Shown here: positions 1-12,680 of the stretch, piece by piece | How positions within the stretch are numbered: position 1 is the stretch's first letter | Layout: every line of letters begins with the position of its first letter | Source: Tubiluchus corallicola | Taxonomy: Eukaryota > Animalia > Priapulida | NCBI GenBank assembly: GCA_030141605.1 | Contig: JAQGDQ010000005.1 | Span: 1,488,180 to 1,552,179, forward strand | DNA: 64,000 nucleotides | Direction of reading: 5' to 3' | Notes under the pieces: generated by a model | Databases searched by the model: none | What the model saw: the letters and a program-made list of their open reading frames with translations, nothing else | What the model was told of the DNA's origin: nothing | Made by a program: the position numbers and the translations under genes

Positions 1-384
1 CTAGTTCGACATAAAAGCTGAAATTACTTTTCTTAACAATTTTTATCTTTGTAATTGTTAGCATACACTTACCCTACAACAATTTGCACGAGTTATGTTA
101 TTTTTGCCAAGTAATCGTCATATGGTTATTATGTCAATAAGTTATCGGTAGAAAGAATAGCTTGGAATCCAAACTAGTTTCTTTTCTATAAAGTTCATGG
201 TTACCCCTACCAACTTGAATTGTTTCTTTTTATCTCACCTAGAAACTTGGAACTGAATCGGTTTCTTCTTCATCACTGACAAACTAGTATTTGCATCTAG
301 TTCCTATAACTTGCACAGCTCTGGATATACTAAGTAAAGTTCTTTGTTTATTTTGACCAAGTTTGGTTGGTGTTTGTTTGACAG

Positions 385-2674
385 GAGTTCTGCAATTGCA
401 TAAATGGGAAAATTGCATGACAATAGATAAAAAGTCTTGGGGCTACAGACGTGAAGCAAAACTGGAAGATTTCTTGAGCGTTGAAGAACTTGTTTCAACA
501 CTTGTTTCAACTGTAAGGTTAGTTACACGCATTAGACACTTGTGTAGATGAGTTTCCAGGATGTAAAAAGCTTTAACAGTATAGCCATTCGATCACTACA
601 AAATCTCTGAACATGTGTTTGTGGTCAAGATAACATTATACATAAATGATGGCACATTAGCTTACTTGCGACCTATGTATAAGTCCTCTGCATCTCATAG
701 CAGTGTTCATGAGTGTAACTATAAAGCATATTAATTCATTCCTTTGGCATTTTCTATTGGAATCACAATAAAGTCTCTGGCATAGGATGGCAGGAAAGCT
801 TTTCAGAATGTGAATTTGCAAACGTAGCTAGTGACTATCAGCAGGTGTAAATATGCACTTAAAGTGCAGCAAATTGCACATTGGTTAAGTATTTTACACT
901 TTGATTGGTACCAAACTGTTTAGAAAATATCGTTATTGCAACAAAGTCTAAAAGCATGTTGTATTGCAAGGCCAGGAACGATAAGCTGATTTTTTAGTAG
1001 CAATACTTTTTGTTTTGCAGGCAAAAAATTTAAATTACAAATTAGTTTAGATACTTAGTGTAAAGAATTTGATGACATTATAATGGTATTTGTTTCAGTT
1101 GTGGTGGTAATCTTCTGATGAATGTGGGTCCAACTCATGATGGAAGAATAGCAGCAATCTTTGAAGAACGTCTCCAGGGTATAGGAAGCTGGCTGAAGAT
1201 AAATGGTGAAGCAATATATGCCACAAAACCATGGGTTCACCAAAATGATACAATAACGAGTGATATTTGGTATCCATTTTGTTATATTGAATGACATTGT
1301 GTAATGTAGTATATAAAAGTGTCTTGTTATATGATATTGTAGGAAAATATGTTGTTTTAAAGTTTTATCTCGTGATTAAAATGTAAAGAGCATGCCTTCA
1401 GTTGAAGGAAAATTTGATTTTAAAAGGTTTTTTATAAAAATTTACTAGCTTAAGACTAGCTAGGACATTCTGTAATATGACTTCGAAATAGAGAGTGTGT
1501 AATAAGGACGTCAAAGAAACAATATAAACACTCAAACAATAGTATTTTTGGAGCTTCGACAGCCTATCTGTACAATGCTATGACTGGTAATATACAGCAC
1601 TATGGATACATATGTGCAGTTTTTAAGGACGGGCTATGATGTTATTAACCATAGATGCTTTTTCTTCGAAAAGTAGAAAAATCTGTCCCATAATGTTAGT
1701 GTACAAACTGCAGACATTGAAGAACATTTGGCTGTGTGCAGTGGGACTATGAAGACTGCAAATATAGAAATTAGACACTGCATTTCATACATTTGTTTGG
1801 CTTAAATTATTATTGCCACATTTGGACTATGCAAAAGTCTACACAAACAAACTTTATTACCAAGGCAATAAAAATGTGCTTTGTTTATCTATGCAGGCTA
1901 AATAGCAGCAATATATTTGTCCAACACTTGTTAAGCATGTTAAAAAAACAGTAAACGTGCAAACTTAATCAGTATTACTGTGTAAAAGCCACATCACTTG
2001 AATGTTGCTTTTTGTTTAAATAGTACATGGTTGTAGCATTTAAAATTACAGCTAAGCTGTGTTGCAAACATTTGAGAATTACAGTTATTAACTAAATTTA
2101 TGCTGACCGGCTTTAATGCCCAAATAAAAATCATAAATAAATTTTAGACTTGCACGAAGCAGTTTTGTTTGTTGGATTTCATGCACGTTTACTTTATATA
2201 ATAGCAAACTTTTATTTTTTGTATAATAGATTAGCACTACTAAATCTTGCAATTTGCAATGTGTGCTTTACATAGTATAATTTTACAATGTTAATTAATT
2301 AGATGCTTAATTTTTCAGCACAGTTCTGCATTAAACATTGTAAGCTTTAAGGTGTTTTTTTTTTACATTTTATGCCAAAGATCATGTCAGCTTGTATTTT
2401 TATCTTTCATTTCAGGTATACTTACAAGTTATCACAATCAAGGACAGCGTTTGTTTATGCAATTTTACTAAAATGGCCTCAAAAAAATTCTGTCTTGCTT
2501 GGAGCGATTAAATCTACAAGGCAAACACAGGTTTCAATGCTCGGCTATTCTGGAAAAATAGCTTGGGAGCAGGTAGGTACCATAGGTGTGAATGTGACAT
2601 TCCCAGGATTATCTTGGCAGAATTTGCCTTCTAAATATGCATGGGTGCTCAAATTTGAAAATCTGGAATATTAG
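385..2674 (+). CDS. FUCA: Alpha-L-fucosidase (GH29), last three coding exons; 5' part lies outside the window
   Basis: Exons 385-517, 1099-1269 and 2416-2674 join in frame at GT-AG junctions. They read [19 protein letters not shown]...[53 protein letters not shown]...WYT...VYAILLKWP...[11 protein letters not shown], matching the FUCA1/FUCA2 C-terminal motifs. Confidence 0.95.
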
Positions 2675-4202
2675 TTAATTGATTTGGGAAATCATAATAG
2701 CTTTAATATAACATAGTGCTTATTCTACATTTTTATTTCTCTCTAGTCTTTTTTTAAATGTTAAATTGGCATTCCGATAAATTGTAAATATACGCAAGTG
2801 CTGGACTTTGAGTGCACATAATTTTTAGTACGTTGAACTAGCGAATATTGAAACTGATATTTTAATAAATGTACAGGTTGTGAAGCTGTTATACGACAGT
2901 TTTTGTTTGCTTGAATTCTGTGCTGTACTTTGATTGAACATTACCAGAAATTAGCTTCTGAGTCATTTCATCTGCCATATTGCCCCCCGTTAATCTCTAG
3001 GTTAAGTGTCTTGGAAGATAGTACATAATAAATGAACTAGGCCCCAGTCTTGGCACAACACTTACATTATGTAGGTTGTGCATTTCAGGCTGGAACATGC
3101 CTTGCAAAACCGATTTTTTAAAAAATGCACTTGACTAGTAGTATGTTGCTGTAACTCACTGCATTGAGAAATTATTAGGTTTTGAAAATTAGTGTAATAT
3201 ACTTAAGCCTTGAGCAAAAAAGTTTACTATTTATCACTCAAAATGCAACGAAACGAATGCTCAGAATTCAATATCTCTGCAATTATCAATATATTTTATG
3301 CGGGTACACATATGTACAGGAATACAAAAACAAAACTGTGGTTAATTCTGTACAAATGTGCCAAATCCAAATCTTACCTATTGACTCTACGATCATATTA
3401 CTTGTATACTGTTGTGAGATTATTTAACGAGTATTCAATAATATGTAACCAGAATAAAAATAAACTATCAACTTTTTAATGAATTTCACACAAAGCTATT
3501 CCACGCAATTGACTTACATTACGCCTAAGAAGCAAATCAAAAATGCAACTTCGCTGTTGTTCACAAGAGAAATGGGTTAATTGTTTAGCTACAATTTCCA
3601 GCTGACTGGAGGTTGGGCCAAGACATCAGAATTAACCTGCTTAGGTCCCTCTGATGCATCTAACTAAAGCTTTTTCAAGATGTTGACAAGAAATTTCATA
3701 ATTCATGAGACAATGTAATCACAGAAAAAACGGTATAACTCGTAAACTGTAGCCAACTATTCACACTTCTCTATACATATATTCTATATGTTCTTAAAAA
3801 CATACAAAAGATTTTCTGCGTTATTTAGGGAAAAAACGTTCAAGAAAGAAATCAGCAATAAGGTAAAAAATTATTCATTTGTAGTGATACAGGAGCTAAA
3901 GGGTGTACAGAAGCAAGATATTTAATGTATACAGTTATACAGCATGTAGATAGTTTTTGACATAACTGCACACACAAATAACTACCTAATACTAACTTAT
4001 CAAGAATGGTTTTTGCTACATCCTTGTTATAGTCATTAATTATTATTATATTGTCTGTTCTGTACTGTCAAAAATCATATTATTGTTTTATAAAATATAG
4101 CACTCTTCATAGACACTTTAGGAGTGGAGAAACTCTTTATATTCCAGATACAGTAATCTCAAGCAATAAACCAAAAAGCTTACAGCTCAGTGATACTCTT
4201 AA

Positions 4203-4321
4203 ATTGCATTTTTATTGAATAAGTGCTAACACTTTGTAAAAGCTGCTCTGAATGAGTGACACATTGCATTTTTATTGAATAGGTGCTAACACTTTGCAAA
4301 AGTTGCTCTAACTGAGTGACA
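4203..4321. repeat. Two-copy 60-bp tandem repeat in the presumed HAPSTR1 3' UTR
   Basis: The unit attgcatttttattgaata(a/g)gtgctaacactttg(t/c)aaaag(c/t)tgctct...tgagtgac starts at 4203 and 4263. Confidence 0.9.
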
Positions 4322-4617
4322 TACAGACAATGAAAACTAAAGGGAATTGTGGGACGCATCAGCAAATTCATATCAATATTCAAAGTTTATTAGCTTTAAG
4401 CACCGTTTCATACATATTTGCTAGGGCAATGGAAACTAAATGTCAATCGCCAAATGTTAATGTGTATCTTAGAAACTAAAGTTCAATTACCAATACTTTC
4501 AATTCAAATACACAGCAGTAGTATCAGATACAAACTCTAACCATGATAATTAACACAAAGCCAACAACAAACATGGGGCCAGAAGTAACAAGCTAAAAAT
4601 CACAGTAGGTACCAAAT

Positions 4618-7600
4618 TTATGAAAGTCGACTCCGTTTATGCGTAGGAGAATCCATCACAACATCCGGAGAAGACGAACTACGTTTTCTTGTATCTGTAT
4701 GTCTATGAAGCTCTTCTACAAAAAAAAACAACAAAAAAATGGCAAATAGTTTACAAAACTTATTCACTGGTGATAGCAAGCATGTAATATCGTTATTTGA
4801 CACTTGAAAGTAACTACATGCTTAAACAAATATCCATTTAAATAGATATTATTAGATTTAGTTTACTGATATTCGATCATTTTAGTTACAGTGCGATCAA
4901 ATGATAATAACGCTGTTGCACAGCATGAATTTGTGTTGCCTGCCACGGGACATCAGTTGCCACCTTCACCCTCACAAAAAAAACAACGCCAATGTCTTGA
5001 CTCAAAATCAAAATCAGCTATAATCAAGTCTTCAATTACTAGCTCTGAGCAGTCTCGGAATTCACTTCACAATAAACAGCTTTTCGATCCACCAATTTCC
5101 GGAAGAAATTTTTATCTAATTATTTCTCGGCTAAATCCCAGTGATTGCTATCTTTACATCTAATACCTCCACATTGGTTTGATGATTATTTATAAATATA
5201 TTATATTTATAAACATAAAACAATACTTATACTTCATGGATATAACTTATTAACATCATTCTATGGATACTTTATAGATAAGATATGTGGGTCATTTGAC
5301 TTATTAATAAAATAAACACATTTACACCAATGTTGCTACATCATTGAAGCACAGTTAAGTACTTAAATAGGTACTTGTCATCCAGTATGCACGATGAATA
5401 ATTTTTTTTATTAACAACAGTCATTAAGCAGTGGTTCATGAAAAAATAAAAATTGTCATGCATTTTATATTCTATGACCTTTAATCAGAGTTAGCAGCAC
5501 TCATGTTTTTCGTAAGCATACACTTTTGAAGTTAACACTAATGTATTAGCTTGGACAAAAATTATGATATATAGCCACTCACAGAAATGGCATACTGGAA
5601 TATTCAAATGTATTATAGAGTAGTAACATTGTATATATTAAAAGTCAATGGTAAGCAAAGTTAAAGAATGAGAAAACGTTTCTGTTTGATAAAAGCATAA
5701 AAAAATTATCTAGTTGAAAAAAATTGCAAATGTGCTCTAAATTAATTTTCAAATATCACCAACTGACTACAACAAACCTGTAATAAATGCATTTAAGTCT
5801 GAGGATGTCTTACTCCGAGATTTGGTTGGAGTATGTGGCCGATTATAATCAACACTTATGTTGGACATTGCTCCATTTAAACCTACAAACAGTCATAACA
5901 GTTTATTGATTTAATGTCACTAATGTTTGCAAAAACATCATTAGTTCTAAAGCAGTACATTCACTTAACTGTATGCTTACCAAACAGTTTCATACCAAGA
6001 AAAAAGCTATATTCAGCTTACTTGGGAATTTCCCAGAGTTTGGTGACACATAGCATGCAACACCCACTTCATACTGTTGTAATCTAAGGGTTCTTAAAAT
6101 TAAGTGCCCATCAAAACATACAAAGCTTTATTTTAAATGCGGGTATACCACTACATAAAATTTCCTTACTGGCACACAAGCAGTCTAAATATAGACAGTT
6201 TTTAGACATCTCAGTAGCAGTGATGGTTGAAAACAGTTACACATTAAAAAACAAATAGCAAAACTAGATGTAACATGTGAAAAATTCTCTTACTATCTCG
6301 TCTTATCATTTTCAATGGAATTTTTAAAACGTGAATTGTCACTACTTACACCTGACATATTATACATGCGGAGTTCAACTCACAAAGTGTATTTGATGCT
6401 GTACACGTTATAATTGAGCAATTATGTACATAGTGCTCCCCAACAACAGTCAACTGTAATCTTCACTTAATGATGACAATTCAAGTAAGGATCTTTTTTA
6501 CACTATTAACTGTAAATGTAAGATGTAATTTCCCATGAGCCACAATGGACTAAGCTAAATTTTTTCCAGCTATGTTAATGTACGAGTTTTTGTGCTTGCT
6601 TTAGCTGTTTCTGCATTTTTGCAGATAGTCTTTACAGCTGAGTCAAATGAGATAAGTTAAGAGCAATGCTGATGTCTACTGCCCTTTTTTGTTATCAGAC
6701 AAGCCTACAGTAATTTCCTTTCTAATTAATGCTCACTTGTGCTTTATATTAGCCACACACACTCATGAAACATGTTTATACAATGTTTTCGTCAGACAGT
6801 ATACGTGTAAACAAAGTAACTAATGAACACAGTTATCAAAGCTACGTGGCTCATATGTGTAATACAGCAAATTTTATTATACTAAGTAGGTTTATGTCAG
6901 CCAGGGTAATTGCCAACAGTAATCAGGCCGTACAGATGTGTAACTGTGTATCAGCATCTGATGGACCACTGCTAATACATTTGAGGCTGAGCTGCATCGG
7001 ATTCAGGTTAGCAATAATTCCTTCATAAGGCACCTACACAATGAGCAAAATTTCGACAAGTTAAAGCCAATAATTTGTCATTAAAATAAAACATCCATTG
7101 TTTGGGGAAAGGCGATAAAAACATCATCATAATAACGAATCATCATAAATGTGAACTAATTGAGAGCTACACCAAGAATTTTCTATGCTAACAGATACTA
7201 TACTTGGGGGATTTGCATCTTTAAAAAACTGTGTACAGTATGACACCTGCCAAATATTAGCCATGAGCAATACTGCACAAGCCAATGATCAAAATCACTG
7301 GACAGTGGACAAAATCAATATCGGTGACTCCCCCCTATGTATTTGAATGACAATGGAATCGTGCCAAACAATGTATAGGTAAATAGCATGTAAAGAAATG
7401 TGTCTGAACAGGCTAAATGACGAACACTAGCTATTTTCAAATTTCTAAAAGAGCTCTGATAGTTGGCACGACAAGAAACTTGCATGTTTCTTATCATTAT
7501 AAAATTATTATAACCCTGTACATACCGGGTCAGTCAAGTTAACATACGACATGTCTAGTTAAACACAAATGCAACGTTCATATTTTACACATTACCATGA

Positions 7601-10015
7601 ATTTCTAGGGCTTCTCGAAAAGTATGTAAGTCATGTTCCACTCCATGACCACTGTGTAGTGATTCTGGAGTAGGAATACGAGAAGAAGGCTTATCTGAAG
7701 ACATGCGAGGAGAAGTTCTTATTCGATGTGCAGGAAGTACTTTGCCTAAAAAGTAAAAATAAACTAATGAAAATATTCAAAGTGTATGGCACACATCTTG
7801 CCTTGTACTTAAATTTAAACTTTCAACAGTTGACATTTCAATTCAATTTTCAAAGAGGTCAATAAGTACCAAAAATTAACAGATAGCATATAATCATTTA
7901 GCTACTGGTTAGATTCAATTGATTAGTCTATGAAGTACAAGAATCACGAAACAGCATACTCTTACATATTCTGAATGGATGAACAATCATAAAACTTGAC
8001 CTACCTTCAAAGTCAAGTAAGTCAATATGAGAGCTTTCTGTCTACTAAACATGTGCCAAGTCTGACTGTTTTGGTCTCAGCAGTATTACAGATATAATAA
8101 AATGAAACTGTACAACAAATTGCTTCACCTCTATTAGACAATCGTACTAACTGTGAAGCCAAAAGACGAGGCGACACGTATTAAAGCAACCTTCCCTTGC
8201 TAGTATTACCAATACGTAAAAGGTTTGACTGACTAGACATGGTCAGCCTTGGAGATATAATTCACAATGTTAGGTATATGTGTTAAACGTTAATACTAGT
8301 AACTTATAATCTGCGAGCTTTCAAGGGCAACATTACTTTTAACCCATTTGCACGGAATACTCTAGCTTAATTATTCCCAGTAATTTACATTGGACACATA
8401 AAAACTATGTTCCTATAAATCCAGGCATCCCCCAGGTTTAGCTATCTGTGGAATTCCAGGCATCCCCCAGGTTTACCTATCTGTGGAATTCCAGGCATCC
8501 CCCAAGTTTACCTATCTATGGAACAGGTAACAAGAAAAATACTTCATTCACTGTTAACTACAAGCACAACCTCAAAAAAGCACAAACAGACGTAATATAT
8601 CAGTAGTAAATAAATTGTACGCATTACAAGTATTTTTATGGACACACAGGCAAATTCTCACTTAGTGTAGACCCAACAATGAATAGCCAGTAACCACTTG
8701 TCTTATTAGAGCAACTTGTAAAGGTAAGTATATTTTGAAAAAATATGTGAAAAACTAGTCGGTGTGCACAAAAATCACTAGTTAAATGAAAACAAATTAA
8801 ATTATTTCATGAAACAAGCTTTAGTACGTAAAACATCAAAATTATTTTTCTGAGCTAATGACGGGATTGGAAAGCAACATCAAGGAAGCATACTACTTAC
8901 TTGTTGGAATGAAATGTTTAAATTAATTAAGAATTTTTTACTAACTCAAGCTTTTTCGACAAATAAAAATACTGTTACGTGATATTTCGAGAACTTTTCG
9001 AAATTTGATGACCTTCCCTTTCAACCAATAATTAAAAACTATTAAAGTTAATGACTGCACTAGTTATAATATGCTACATCTTCAATTCTCTAATTTTCTT
9101 CCATTTACAAATAAGTACCTGTCAAAAAAGCGATGAGTTCTTCTCTGCGTATATGTCTTCGCCGTTTTTGAGCCCAGGCAATCACTTCTCTAGTTTTACG
9201 TTGGCAGCCCGTTTGTAATCCTAGTTCTCCAGCTCTCCTGTGGCTTTCTAAACTTTCTTTATACATTAGCGTGATAGCACTAGCAGCATTTTGAAATGGC
9301 CCCCAATATGAATTACCCTGTGATCGATCTAAAGAAATAAAATGAGACAGAAAACATTAAACCAGATTTAACGTAGTCCTTTTACTGGCTTTGTTATGAC
9401 TGACCATGAAATGTAAAACAGAAACATTAGTTATTTTTGCCACAGATTTAAAACCTTGAAGACTCAAGAATATAACATAGACTTTTAATTCAGCGTTTTA
9501 AAAACAGATGGTTCTATAATTACTTATGACACAAGTAATTCTTGTATGCATGATACCATAGTTTTGATGCCATATCCCCATGTTGATGTCGTATGTTTGT
9601 TTTTAGAAGCATTTATGAATATTTACTTAAACTTAAAAGTTGAATGTTTTTTGTCTATAGACGCTCTACCTGTTTTTCCTGACCTTAGCACTCGTTACAC
9701 CTTAAGTTTTAAGAGCTCTTGGTACAAGTGCAAAACAGCTCATTGTGCTGATTGTTTAAAACGGGATTCGTTGCTCTAGACGAAAAAAGTGTTTACATAA
9801 TTGCACAATTACACACCTTTATAAAATTGAGATAACGCTGTAGCACTATTCTGAAAATGAAGCCACATTTTCTGAGCAGCTAAGTCCCGTTCACTCAGTA
9901 ATAACTCCTCCATGTTTGGTTCTCTTTCCAATTCATTCAAGCGTTCTTCTTCCCAACTAGTAATCCACCTTTGAGCCCCCGAAATTTCATCGTGGTGAAT
10001 CAGTTCGTCGTCCAT
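4618..10015 (-). CDS. HAPSTR1: HUWE1-associated stress-response protein HAPSTR1 (C16orf72, UPF0472), 5 exons, 253 aa
   Basis: Minus-strand exons 10015-9817, 9328-9119, 7745-7596, 5882-5778 and 4715-4618 total 762 nt with all-phase-1 GT-AG introns. Motifs: QKMWLHFQNSATALSQFYK, WGPFQNAASAITLMYKES, AWAQKRRRHIRREELIAFL, FREALEIHGLNGAMSNISV and the C-terminal RKR...DSPTHKRSRL NLS-type tail. Confidence 0.93.
8420..8523. repeat. 35-bp minisatellite, about 3 copies, in HAPSTR1 intron 2
   Basis: The unit tccaggcatcccccaggttta(g/c)ctatctgtggaat starts at 8420, 8455 and 8490. Confidence 0.9.
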
Positions 10016-10099
10016 TATAAGTTAAAATATCAACGAATAGTCCTATAGTAAAGATCAATACAGTTCTATATCGGAATTATAAAGAAAAAGGGAAACGCC

Positions 10100-10190
10100 T
10101 GAAATAAACCATCCTCCGCATTATGTCACAAATAAACCAGCTGTACGTTGCACAGGTACGCATGCGCGACAAGCTCCCAGGCATGAACAC
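10100..10190 (-). promoter_or_regulatory. Probable HAPSTR1 proximal promoter with an NRF1-like palindrome
   Basis: Local GC/CpG enrichment about 150 bp upstream of the ATG. ACGCATGCGCG near 10158-10168 resembles the NRF1 motif GCGCATGCGC. Confidence 0.4.
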
Positions 10191-11012
10191 CCAATAAAAT
10201 CATTCATATGAGCTTGTAATTATTAATATCAGTGATAATACATGTAATTGTTTAAACCTTCAATATAGTATATTGCGAAAATGAGTGTATATATGATTAG
10301 GCGGTTTTTACTTAGACAAAAAAACACAACTAGAGTTGCTCATGGATGAAAAATGCAGAAAAACCTCACGTAAAACCGAATCCTTTCAAAATTAATAAAC
10401 ATCACTCTATTTGTTCCAAATTGGTTATCTTCTAATTTTTTTTAAAATTTAAGAATTTGACCCTGCATAATATGACAATATAAAAATAATATTGACTTCA
10501 GATTTCTACCATTTTCATGCACTATAAATGCAAGAGTGACATGTAAGACACAGATAAAAAACCATTAGCACCGAAATTTATTTATAAATGGCAGTTATAA
10601 TATCGTGCCAATCTAGTAAATCTATCCGCTATTAGTGGCAATAGCAAAACACGGCCAGACGACCGTCAGTTAACTAACTCTGTGCGTGACTAATAAACAA
10701 TCAATTGGTCAATGGGTGACAACAAAATGGTTGCCAACTACTACTGTAAATAATCAAATAGAACATGCTCATTAAAATTTATAGTTTATAGGATCATTTA
10801 AGTATTATTCACAAAGTTTAGCTTAGACAACTTAGGCTGTTTAACATCCAATGTATGTTAGTGCTTATGTAGAGCCCACTCCCAAAGTTCTTTAGATTAG
10901 TCATGTATAATAAGTCGTTTAATAACATGTATTTTTGCACCTGTAAATGGATATTAGTGAAACATCTTTCTCATTAGCAAATGTGTTTTACCATTGACTA
11001 AGAGTAGAAGGA

Positions 11013-11554
11013 TTCAGGTTGCTTAATAAATTACTTTTGTCTTCATGTGGAACTTAAATGGAGTCCCAAAAAAGTGGAAGATAATTTTATTGGTGTGCAT
11101 GTAAATAGACAGATCTACAATTTTACTTTCACAACAGGTTTAATTGTGCGGTAGTAGATGTGAGCCCACATTTTTTATTTTTATTAAAGACCAGCATTTT
11201 GGACATCAGATAATAATGTTGAATCTCACTGAAAACTTCACATCATGCACACATTTCCTTGGAGTAAATTATTAAATCCTCTTTCAGGTTGCTTAATAAA
11301 TTACTTTTGTCTTCATGTGGAACTTAAATGGAGTCCCAAAAAAGTGGAAGATAATTTTATTGGTGTGCATGTAAATAGACAGATCTACAATTTTACTTTC
11401 ACGACAGGTTTAATTGTGCGGTAGTAGATGTGAGCCCACATTTTTTATTTTTATTAAAGACCAGCATTTTGGACATCAGATAATAATGTTGAATCTCACT
11501 GAAAACTTCACATCATGCACACATTTCCTTGAAGTAAATTATTAAATCCTCTTT
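11013..11554. repeat. Near-perfect 270-bp tandem duplication
   Basis: 11013-11282 and 11283-11552 are identical except for two substitutions (acaacagg/acgacagg and ggagtaaa/gaagtaaa). Confidence 0.95.
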
Positions 11555-11796
11555 GTGATGACTTGTTAGTTAATTTTTATAGGCGAGTATATATAACAGT
11601 AGTGCATTTTATGGAATAACTGGCAAATTTAATACAAAATAAATAGATAATCGTTTTTTAAATAAAAGAGTCATACTGTAACAGCAGTAACTGAAGATAA
11701 AAAAATGAAGCAAAATCGCTTCAATAAGTACACATATTATGTACTCACTTTTCGTTTTCATTCACTGCACTCGTTTTTGGATGGGATAATTGGACC

Positions 11797-12036
11797 AGAT
11801 TAGATTACAGATCAGATCACAATAGACGTCAGATCAAATGAGATGATTTGAGATGAGATGAGATAAGATGAGCAGAAAAGAGAAGAAAGGAGAGGAGAGA
11901 AGGGGAGAGGAGAAGAGAGGTTTGGAGGGGAAAGGATGGGATGGGGTGGAAGAGAACAGGAGAAAAGATGAGTTGATATGAGATGAGAAGGATCGAGGTG
12001 AGTTTATATGATGATGTGATGAGATCAGGTAAGATG
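11797..12036. repeat. Degenerate pentanucleotide microsatellite (AGATC/AGATG/AGAGG) with a polypurine core
   Basis: 5-nt periodicity throughout. The + strand is purine-only at about 11874-11920, and the repeat resumes weakly at about 12226-12310. Confidence 0.85.
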
Positions 12037-12217
12037 TAGGGGTGAGCAAACATTATCAGAAATCGATTTTGACAAATAAAATTTTTGGCTTTAAAATTAG
12101 AATTCTAACAAATTTCAAATCAGTAATAAAGACAATATTGTTAACAAAAAAACTCAATTTAATTCTGAGGCAAATCAAATTGGAATAAAAAACTCAAACA
12201 TTCGATGCTCAGCCTTG
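12037..12217. mobile_element. hAT-type MITE with TAGGGGTGAGCA termini
   Basis: Termini taggggtgagca ... tgctcagccttg. The flanking 8-mers gtaagatg and gtaatacg (6/8 identical) fit a decayed 8-bp TSD. Related termini occur at 55820-56115. Confidence 0.6.
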
Positions 12218-12619
12218 GTAATACGAAATAGATGAGCTGAGGCTTTGATGCAGATTGTAGATGAGATAAGATTATGTTTGATAAATTCAGATATAATACA
12301 GATTAGATTACACGGAAATTAACTTTGAAAACTAAATAAAAAAGGATTATAATTTTTTCTATCTAAAAAACCAGACCCAATGCCATAATTTGCCTAAAAA
12401 ATTTCGATGAAGATGAGAAAAGTTAAGTGGACAAATGTAATAAAAAGCTGCTAGAGTAATTTTCACTTTCAACAGCTTACTTGATATATATATATATATA
12501 GACATTATCTTAATTATACTGAATTATTGATATTATTTTTTACAAAATTAAGAGCAGTGCGTCTTTCAGCCCTCAGAATTACTGCGATAGTAGCTCTCAT
12601 CTTCAGGATCTTTGGCGTT

Positions 12620-12680
12620 GGCCTCGACTAGTCGCTTACCACGGTAACTGGGCGTGGTGACTGGTAAGGCGTGGTTCGGC
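12620..12680 (+). promoter_or_regulatory. Probable iRhom promoter with an RFX X-box-like palindrome and two Sp/KLF GGCGTGG boxes
   Basis: GC/CpG-rich island in an AT-rich background. cttaccacggtaac at 12635-12648 resembles GTTRCCATGGYAAC; gggcgtgg at 12650 and ggcgtgg at about 12667. It lies about 7 kb upstream of the first coding exon, whose acceptor ends at 19695. Confidence 0.45.

Noticed and set aside
4891-5163. 90-aa + strand ORF inside HAPSTR1 intron 4
   Set aside because: GTG start, no recognisable domain and no supporting splice structure.
8420-8523. 35-bp repeats as a possible CRISPR array
   Set aside because: No unique spacers, no cas genes, and a eukaryotic intron context; it is a simple minisatellite.
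11829-12053. Two minus-strand Ser/Leu-rich ORFs
   Set aside because: Translations of the pentamer microsatellite.
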